In this document: one piece after another, positions 8,385 through 14,589 of the stretch | Position numbering within the stretch: the stretch's first letter is position 1 | Layout of the letters: every line of letters begins with the position of its first letter | Virus record (IMG/VR): IMGVR_UViG_3300017647_000148 | Coordinates: 1-42,433 of that record | Direction: 5' to 3' (one strand) | DNA length: 42,433 nucleotides | Source of the DNA: a virus | Lineage: Duplodnaviria > Caudoviricetes | The notes under the pieces: generated by a model | Database searches by the model: none | Seen by the model: the letters and a program-made list of their open reading frames with translations, nothing else | What the model was told of the DNA's origin: nothing | Program-made: the position numbers and the translations under genes

Positions 8385-9506
8385 CTAGACGGCGTTCTTG
8401 GGGAAGGGCCATTCCTCGGGGGTGGCGATGACTGGCTTGGGCCGCTCGTGCTCGATGGCCTTGTCCGGGTCGCACTCGCGCCAATCGGGCCAGCTGCGGG
8501 ACTCGTTGTGGACCTGCTTGTCGCGCAGCGCTTGGGCGACCTGTTCCGCGGTGGCGCCGGTGCGCCATGCGCCGTCCAGCGCGAGCAGGGCGACGTCGAT
8601 CCATTCGGTAGGGCTCTCGGGCTGCTCCAGGATCTCGATCAGTTCCTTGCGGATGTGATCGACGATGCCCTGGGTGCGCGCGCCAGGGCCGAAGGTCTCG
8701 GCGGAGAACTCCATCTGCCGCTTGAGGTGCTTCACCAGGTCATAGCTGCGCAGGGCCTCGTCGGCTTTGGGCGGCCGGGCCTGGGCGATGTGCTTGGCCG
8801 TGGCACGGGTCTTGCCGGCCTTGGCGGCGATCTGGACGGCGTCGGCCAGTACCGCGGCGGTCTGGGTGCCGTGCTGCTTGAGCGCTTTGCGCGCCTCCGT
8901 GGCGGAGACCTTGCCGCTGCGCACCAGATCCCGGACTTCACGCGGCGATCCGATGAGGTCCAGCAGCTCGCCCACGTAATTGACGGCCTTGAAGTTGAGC
9001 CGCTTGGCGATGGTCGCGTCGTCCAGGCCCATGGACTGCAGGCGCTTGCACACCACGGCAATCTCCAGCGGCGTGAGCGGCTTGCCTGTGTTGCCGGTCA
9101 CCAGGGCGACCGTGAGGTCTTCCAGATTCGTGCCTCGCGGCTTGATCACCACTGGCAGGACGGTGCCCTCGTAGCCTTCTTCCACCGCCAGGTCAAAAGC
9201 AGCAAGGCGGCAGTGGCCGTCGGTCAGGCAAATCTCTTCCCTGCCTTCGTCGTTCTTGGCGACGAAGCCGACCAGCGGCTTGTCGTAAAAGAAACCGTCG
9301 GCCTTGATCGAGTCGGCTATCCAGCGGACGTGCGCCTTGGTCGTGTCGTCCTCGGGGTCGCGTACGTTGAAGCCCGGCATGACGACGATGTGCTGCCGGG
9401 GCACTTTCCAGAGGTCGGCGGAAATCGCGCCGGCGGCGGCCATCGCGGCTTTGACGTTGCCGTTGACCAACTGGCGGTCGAACTGCGTAGGCAGGGTAGT
9501 GGTCAT
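8385..9506 (-). CDS. ParB-like domain fused to DUF550-like dATP/dGTP pyrophosphohydrolase domain
   Basis: N-terminal GFNVR, DGHCRL and HTH; C-terminal FSAETFGP, HIRKELIE, EWIDV and N-xx-RSWPDWR. Confidence 0.8.
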   Translation of the reverse strand: MTTTLPTQFDRQLVNGNVKAAMAAAGAISADLWKVPRQHIVVMPGFNVRDPEDDTTKAHVRWIADSIKADGFFYDKPLVGFVAKNDEGREEICLTDGHCRLAAFDLAVEEGYEGTVLPVVIKPRGTNLEDLTVALVTGNTGKPLTPLEIAVVCKRLQSMGLDDATIAKRLNFKAVNYVGELLDLIGSPREVRDLVRSGKVSATEARKALKQHGTQTAAVLADAVQIAAKAGKTRATAKHIAQARPPKADEALRSYDLVKHLKRQMEFSAETFGPGARTQGIVDHIRKELIEILEQPESPTEWIDVALLALDGAWRTGATAEQVAQALRDKQVHNESRSWPDWRECDPDKAIEHERPKPVIATPEEWPFPKNAV

Positions 9507-9514
9507 GATCGAGG

Positions 9515-9706
9515 TCAGTCCTGGACGTTGCTGCAGATGTTGATCAGGCGCGGCTGGAACTGCGCACGCGCGGCGGCCTGGCGCATCAGCGCAGACAGGC
9601 GGTACTCCCGGCCGGTGCTCGCGATCTGACGCGGGGTAGCAACGGCGGGAATGGAGTAGTCCGGCGCGGCAGCCGGCTTAGGGGTGCGGGGCTTTGGCAT
9701 GGTCAT
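9515..9706 (-). CDS. Small hypothetical protein
   Basis: GAGG SD before MTMPKPR; fills an operon gap. Confidence 0.4.
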   Translation of the reverse strand: MTMPKPRTPKPAAAPDYSIPAVATPRQIASTGREYRLSALMRQAAARAQFQPRLINICSNVQD

Positions 9707-10373
9707 CCTCACGGAGGCGGGATGCGACGGCGTCGCGGAATGCCACCAGGGCGTCGTAAACGAGGGCGCTAGTGGTGGAGTCGTTGTGCAGGGTGCGGTC
9801 GGCCGGAATGTCGCCAACCCCCAGTTCGCTGACATGGTTGGCGCTGGCTTCGTCGGCCAGCTGGCGGCGGATGCGCCAGACCTCGCCGCCCAGCCCCTTG
9901 ATGAAGGCCGCCTCGTTCAAGAAACGGACATCGGTGATCACGATGCGGCGCCAGCCATCGCGGTGCAGCTGCTCAATGGTCTCGTGCGCGCGGTACAGCC
10001 AGTAGTCCTGGCCGTCCTGCCAGCGCCGGTACTCGGTGCCCCACCAGCGCATCGCCCACCGAGGGCTGATGGCTTTGTCGTAAGGCACACCGAGCCGACC
10101 CATCAGCTCGACAAATCGGGCGTCGTTGCAGCGCGATAGCGCCAGCGCGGGCGTGGGCGCTTCCTTCTGGCTTCGGTCTGTGAAAAGGCGCAGATCAACG
10201 CCGTAGGCTGCGACCAGCTCGCGACGCACGGCGTCGGCAAAGGCGAAGGGATGGAACGCATGCGCGTCGGCCAGGATGTTGGCGCAGGTATCCTTGCCTG
10301 CGCCGGCCCGGCCGGCCATGCCGACGATGAGATACGGGCCCGTGCGGGCCTTCGCGGGGATGGTCGCTGTCAT
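9678..10373 (-). CDS. Deoxynucleoside monophosphate kinase-like P-loop protein
   Basis: GRAGAGKDT, AFADAVR, WGTEYRR, ITDVRFLNEA and HVSE motifs. Confidence 0.85.
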   Translation of the reverse strand: MTATIPAKARTGPYLIVGMAGRAGAGKDTCANILADAHAFHPFAFADAVRRELVAAYGVDLRLFTDRSQKEAPTPALALSRCNDARFVELMGRLGVPYDKAISPRWAMRWWGTEYRRWQDGQDYWLYRAHETIEQLHRDGWRRIVITDVRFLNEAAFIKGLGGEVWRIRRQLADEASANHVSELGVGDIPADRTLHNDSTTSALVYDALVAFRDAVASRLREDDHAKAPHP

Positions 10374-10600
10374 TGGTCGAGGTCGGTGTCGAAGTCGCCG
10401 GCCGCTGCGCGGCGGGCGTCAAACTTAGTTTTGAGAGGGCGAGTGGCGCGATGGGCCTCGGCCAGCGCGAGGGCAGTGTTGGTCAGCGCGATGCGCAGGG
10501 CGATGCCGACGGGGCTGGCCAGGATCGTGTCCAGGTCCCCGTGGCAGCGGGCCGCGCGCATCGCGCTTTCCAGTTGCTGGCGGCTGACTTCGGCTCGCAT
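10370..10600 (-). CDS. Hypothetical protein
   Basis: 76 aa ending FDARRAAAGD; 4-nt overlap with the kinase gene. Confidence 0.65.
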   Translation of the reverse strand: MRAEVSRQQLESAMRAARCHGDLDTILASPVGIALRIALTNTALALAEAHRATRPLKTKFDARRAAAGDFDTDLDQ

Positions 10601-10609
10601 CGCCGCCGC

Positions 10610-10888
10610 CTAGCGCTGGACCGTCAGCAATGGGGCGTCGCTGACGTGCTGCATGAGCAGGGCGCCGTCCGGATTGACGTAGACGCACGCATAGCGGCCT
10701 GTCTGCGGCTCGTGCCAGAGCTCGCCCTGCGAGCCGCAAGCCCGCGCGATCATGCGCGTACGTCGCTCGTCTTCGGCCTTGAACAGCCGGGCGTCGTTGC
10801 CGGCGACGTGGAGGCCGTACGCGAAGATCGCGGCCGGGACGAGGGCGGCGGCAACAACCACCGCCGAGTTGCTGAGAATCCGCTTCAT
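10610..10888 (-). CDS. Small membrane-anchored hypothetical protein
   Basis: Hydrophobic N-terminus, two Cys, GGAG SD. Confidence 0.65.
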   Translation of the reverse strand: MKRILSNSAVVVAAALVPAAIFAYGLHVAGNDARLFKAEDERRTRMIARACGSQGELWHEPQTGRYACVYVNPDGALLMQHVSDAPLLTVQR

Positions 10889-10926
10889 GGGGCTCTCCCG
10901 TGCTTGCCTAGGGGTGAATGGCCGAA

Positions 10927-11412
10927 TTACTCAATGACCAATCTGCGGACAGCACGGGCCCGGTACTCGCCGCCCTTGTCGTCGATGTCCTGGGTGCCAT
11001 CGCCGAAGCCCTGGAACCAGGCGGTGTGGGCGGAGTACTGCGTGCTGCTCCAGTACCAGTCTTTCTGGAAGAGGTGGGGGACCGTGGCCCAGCACAGCGC
11101 CAGTTCACGCTGGGCCGGCAGGTACCAGTCGCCGCGGCCATCGACCTCGGTGGTCGCGACCTTGTCGGCAGCGGGGTGCTCCGGGGCGGCCGCGTTCAGC
11201 GCCTGCGTGTTGGCCTTGCCGTCCCAGGTTGACGACGCCCCGGTCTGGCGCTTGCCGTAGCCGCCCCAGGCGAGGTTGCTGAAATCGCCTTCCTCGCCGG
11301 AGACGATCAGGTGGTACAGGGTGCCGTCGTCGCCGCGCATGATGCCGGCGTAGGTGCCGCCCTGCTCGGGCCAGAGTTCGCCGACACGCGGCGGGGTGGG
11401 GATGGTGGTCAA
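10927..11412 (-). CDS. DGR target 2 (distal), DUF1566-like protein
   Basis: Paralogue of target 1 (QGG-YAGIMRG-DG, WDG-ANT, HPAA, YLP-xx-REL, WYWSSTQ); TTG start with GGAG SD. Confidence 0.9.
   Translation of the reverse strand: MTTIPTPPRVGELWPEQGGTYAGIMRGDDGTLYHLIVSGEEGDFSNLAWGGYGKRQTGASSTWDGKANTQALNAAAPEHPAADKVATTEVDGRGDWYLPAQRELALCWATVPHLFQKDWYWSSTQYSAHTAWFQGFGDGTQDIDDKGGEYRARAVRRLVIE
10940..11043 (-). repeat. Variable region VR2
   Basis: 12 mismatches to TR, all at TR A (8 A>G, 3 A>C, 1 A>T). Confidence 0.97.
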
Positions 11413-11452
11413 GGTGGTCTCCCGTAGTGGCCCGGAATGGGCTTGCGGGAGA

Positions 11453-11495
11453 ATGCTAGCGCAGCGCTAATCTCTATGTCAATAGCGCAGCGCTA
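11453..11495 (-). promoter_or_regulatory. PL-like promoter with two repressor operators
   Basis: TTGACA (11482-11477), 18 bp, TAGCAT (11458-11453); palindromes TAGCGCAGCGCTA at 11457-11469 and 11483-11495. Confidence 0.85.
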
Positions 11496-11516
11496 ATCTT
11501 TTGACTTGAGGAAGTC

Positions 11517-11885
11517 CTAGTATGCGATCGTGATGCTCACGCGGGGATGTTCAAGGTCGTCAGGTGCCCAGAAGCTAGCTACTGTGCTGGCAATTTCAGT
11601 GCCATCGTCCATGATCGGAGCGAGCCGCTTTGCAAGCGTGCGGTCAATGTACCCAATCTGCACTTCAGTCTTAAAAACCCACGCAACCCGCGCTAGGAGA
11701 TATACGCCGATGGCATTGCTATCGTGGGGGTTGGTGGGCTCCCTTTTGAGGATAATCTTCGCCCCATTGCGGCAGTATCGTCGAATCAGGCCGGCGCGCG
11801 GGATTCCGTTGCTATTTCTAAATCCGGTTCCTACGATGATTGTGTTTCGGCGCTGCTTCATTTGGGCCTCTATGGTCGCCGTCAT
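11517..11885 (-). CDS. HIRAN domain protein
   Basis: IVGTGFRN, LKREPTNPHDSNAIGV and IGYI motifs; lower GC. Confidence 0.85.
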   Translation of the reverse strand: MTATIEAQMKQRRNTIIVGTGFRNSNGIPRAGLIRRYCRNGAKIILKREPTNPHDSNAIGVYLLARVAWVFKTEVQIGYIDRTLAKRLAPIMDDGTEIASTVASFWAPDDLEHPRVSITIAY

Positions 11886-12023
11886 GCAGACGAATCTTGT
11901 TTCTCAAGAATCATCATGTTACTGGAGGGAAAAATTTTTTTGATGCGGATGGAAGCCAAATAATCCGCCCGTCATCGGAACGAAGAAGATGGGAATACTT
12001 AGGCACACTGTCGTCCGATCCGG

Positions 12024-12431
12024 CTATGCCGCTTTGCCATTCTGGTTGCCAGGTTTCGGCTGGGCCTTTTTTGCATCGAGCCTCTCCAATTCGCTATCAA
12101 TTTTCCCTTCTAGGAAGCTCAAATCGTCGGGACTCAACGAGGTAATGCGTTCGCGACTAATCCGACCGAACGGCCAAATGTTCTTCTCCAGATCTGGGTC
12201 CGTGTCCATCCAGCCGCGCGGCTTGTTGAGTGCTGATTCAAGAGCTCGCGCCATGGGAGACCCCATCTCTTTCGGCTTACCAGTTTTACTGCCGGCTGAT
12301 CGGTTCAATATCTGGCTGTACGTTGAGTCGCGATCAACCTTGCCAGTAGCACGATTCAACTCGGCAGCGGACCCAACTTCTGCAATAAGTTGCTTGAGCC
12401 GCACAAGGCGGACCTCTTCCACGGTTTTCAT
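12024..12431 (-). CDS. CI-like repressor (135 aa, no S24 peptidase domain)
   Basis: MKTVEEVRLVRLKQL, SQIL, MG-xx-MARALE and PRGWMD HTH signature; divergent from cro. Confidence 0.85.
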   Translation of the reverse strand: MKTVEEVRLVRLKQLIAEVGSAAELNRATGKVDRDSTYSQILNRSAGSKTGKPKEMGSPMARALESALNKPRGWMDTDPDLEKNIWPFGRISRERITSLSPDDLSFLEGKIDSELERLDAKKAQPKPGNQNGKAA

Positions 12432-12444
12432 GTTGATAATTTGA

Positions 12445-12511
12445 TAGCGCTCCGCTAATTGTGTGGCGTAGCGCAGCGCTGTTGACGATTCAATTAGCGC
12501 TGCGCTAAGAT
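12445..12511. promoter_or_regulatory. OR region: three operators and PR
   Basis: TAGCGCTCCGCTA 12445-57, TAGCGCAGCGCTG 12469-81, TAGCGCTGCGCTA 12495-507; TTGACG (12482), 18 bp, TAAGAT (12506). Confidence 0.85.
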
Positions 12512-12517
12512 TGCGAC

Positions 12518-12793
12518 ATGCGCCTATCCGACCTCTATCCCACGTTGACCCCGCCCGAGCGCGCGACCCTTGCACGGCGGGCGGGAACTGACGCGGGCTA
12601 CCTCTGGCAGCTAGCAACTCGTTGGCGAGGGAAGCGGGCAAGCCTGAAGATGATCCAACGTTTGTGCTCAGCGGACGCCCGTCTGACGGTCGTTGACTTG
12701 GTGAGCGAATTTGCAGAGCCGAGCAGTGAGCGCGCGGACGGCAATGGCGCAGACGTTTGTAAATCTCTCGGCCAGGAGTTCCCCAATGCTTAA
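12518..12793 (+). CDS. Cro-like repressor
   Basis: LARRAGTDAGYLWQLA HTH; first gene from PR. Confidence 0.8.
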   Translation: MRLSDLYPTLTPPERATLARRAGTDAGYLWQLATRWRGKRASLKMIQRLCSADARLTVVDLVSEFAEPSSERADGNGADVCKSLGQEFPNA

Positions 12794-13001
12794 GTGGCTT
12801 CGCAACCTCATGCGCCCGTCGGTGGATGTGACGGTCACCAACCTGACGCCCGATGATTTGGAAATATCCGTCGAGCGAGATAGTGCGGGGGTTCGCATCA
12901 TTGTGTCTCGTCGGGAAACCGCGCAGATGAGATTGCGCAGAGAACAACGCGTGCGAGCCATTGTTCATCAGGAAGTCGCCCTCGCGCGTAGGAGGAAGTG
13001 A
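12786..13001 (+). CDS. Hypothetical protein
   Basis: MLKWLRNL start with AGGAG SD; overlaps cro end. Confidence 0.5.
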   Translation: MLKWLRNLMRPSVDVTVTNLTPDDLEISVERDSAGVRIIVSRRETAQMRLRREQRVRAIVHQEVALARRRK

Positions 13002-13258
13002 TGGCGCACTCAATCGCCGACCAAGTGGCGCGTCGAGCACAGGCCTGGGCGCTGGCTGCCGGCTCGACCTTGAAGATTCGCGGCCGCATATCCCCAACCA
13101 TGATGGCGATACGTGGAAGCCAACGAACGGCAGAGCAGCAAGCCTTGCTGGCTGCTGCCTGCGAGTTGTTCGATCTGCTGCGATCAACTCCCGAGGGTCG
13201 GCAGGCCCTTGCTGATCTCGGCCTTGAGCCACTCCCTGAGCAGCGAAAAGCTGAATGA
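13001..13258 (+). CDS. Hypothetical protein
   Basis: AGGAGG SD; coupled to the previous stop. Confidence 0.5.
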   Translation: MAHSIADQVARRAQAWALAAGSTLKIRGRISPTMMAIRGSQRTAEQQALLAAACELFDLLRSTPEGRQALADLGLEPLPEQRKAE

Positions 13259-13546
13259 AGCTGAGGGCTTGATGACACTCTCTTTCGCCTTTCTCCACAG
13301 CGTATCGCTTCGTATCTGGTCGGCGAATTCCTGGCCGTCCCATGTAAGGCGCCGGATGGCCATCTCGGTTCCGGCGTCGCCATACTCGGTCACGGTGGCG
13401 TCTACCAGCCCGGCTTCCTGCATGAGCACCACGTGTTCGGAGAAGACGGTAGTGTCTACCCCGTCTATTTCTTCCAGCCACTTCCCGGGTGGCAATTCCG
13501 TTGCCGCGAGCGTGATGCGGCGCACGATGTCCATATCGCGTTTCAT
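13184..13546 (-). CDS. DUF2513-like winged-helix protein, antisense moron
   Basis: MKRDMDIVRRI, HV-LM-EAGLV and RLTWDGQEFADQIRSDTLW. Confidence 0.8.
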   Translation of the reverse strand: MKRDMDIVRRITLAATELPPGKWLEEIDGVDTTVFSEHVVLMQEAGLVDATVTEYGDAGTEMAIRRLTWDGQEFADQIRSDTLWRKAKESVIKPSASFSFSLLREWLKAEISKGLPTLGS

Positions 13547-13711
13547 GGTCAGCCCCTCCTCGAAGGGTTTCGTGTGTGAGAGCCGAAATCATAGTAGGTT
13601 GGGGCTGACCTCCCATTTCAAATCCTTTGTGCAGTGCGGAAACAGGCCTGCATCGTATGGCCGCGGGATCCCGCCGTCCACGAGAATCGCCGGCCATTTT
13701 CGGGAGGCACG

Positions 13712-14266
13712 ATGACCAAGCGTTACGCCGAGACCCATTGGAGGGGCGCCCTGTACAACGCGTTGCGGGCGGCGCCCGATGGCGTGGCAGGCTTCTGCGC
13801 CTGGGCGGCCGAGTTCCGGGACCGCCGCATCGCGCCCAAGACGCTCTACAAGCGGCTGGACGGGTCCGACCCGGCCGAGCGCATGACCGTCGAGGACGCC
13901 GAGCTCATCACGGAGTACCTGAAGCGGCATTGCGCGACGCGGGACCGTTCGCGCTCCTGGATCGTCGCGCTGGCCGCCGCGCACGACCTGGCTGCCATCG
14001 AGCTGGACGCTCCGCCGCCGGCAGGCGGCTGGCCGTGCGAACTCACGGCCATCATGGAGAAGGGGTTCACGCTGTCCGAGCAGGGCGGGATTCTGTCGGG
14101 CATGCTGGCCGGCGCACTGCGTGACCGCCATATCACGATGCGCGAGGCCGAAGAGATTCGCGGGCAGTGCCATGCCGAGATTCGGCTACTTCTGCGCCTG
14201 ATGCGCAATGTGGAGCGGGCGGCCGAGCAGGGCGCAACGCTGGCCTCCCTCGGGAGCGAGGAATGA
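13712..14266 (+). CDS. Phage CII-family regulator
   Basis: ALYNALR, GVAGF, TLYKRL and ALRDRHIT-xx-EAEEI pattern; position after cro. Confidence 0.65.
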   Translation: MTKRYAETHWRGALYNALRAAPDGVAGFCAWAAEFRDRRIAPKTLYKRLDGSDPAERMTVEDAELITEYLKRHCATRDRSRSWIVALAAAHDLAAIELDAPPPAGGWPCELTAIMEKGFTLSEQGGILSGMLAGALRDRHITMREAEEIRGQCHAEIRLLLRLMRNVERAAEQGATLASLGSEE

Positions 14267-14526
14267 AGGCCGGGCGCAAGTCAAGGGGCCGGCCATTGGG
14301 CCCCGTCGCGCGTGCCGTCCTGGAGGTCCTGGGTGACGATGCGCTGACCGCGCGGCAGATCGGCGTACTGCTGTGCTTGTCGCACGTCGCGGCGAAGAAG
14401 ACATGCAGCCGTCTGGCGAGCTATGGCCTTCTGAGGGTGGTTGAGCGTGTCCCGGTCAGCGGCGCACACAAGCCCGTCGCTCGGTACACGTGCGCCACCA
14501 CGCCTGAGTCTGCTTCGCTGCAATGA
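14263..14526 (+). CDS. Small winged-HTH protein
   Basis: LTARQIGVLL...CSRLASYGLLRVV; ATGA-coupled to cII. Confidence 0.6.
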   Translation: MKAGRKSRGRPLGPVARAVLEVLGDDALTARQIGVLLCLSHVAAKKTCSRLASYGLLRVVERVPVSGAHKPVARYTCATTPESASLQ

Positions 14527-14589
14527 CGAATTCGCATCAACCTGCATGGCGGCATAGCGACCGCCAGGCCCAACCGTCGGCGGTGGCCT

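Noticed and set aside
8385-9506. Z-genome (2-aminoadenine) pathway
   Set aside because: A DUF550-like domain is present, but no PurZ, DatZ or phage DNA polymerase is seen.
11419-11451. Hairpin sequestering the SD of target 2
   Set aside because: Part of the 5' arm (CTCCC) lies upstream of the predicted +1 near 11446, so the full stem would not be in the mRNA.
12024-13697. 557-aa ORF
   Set aside because: Only the last 135 aa (from 12431) resemble a repressor; the rest crosses operators, cro and other genes.
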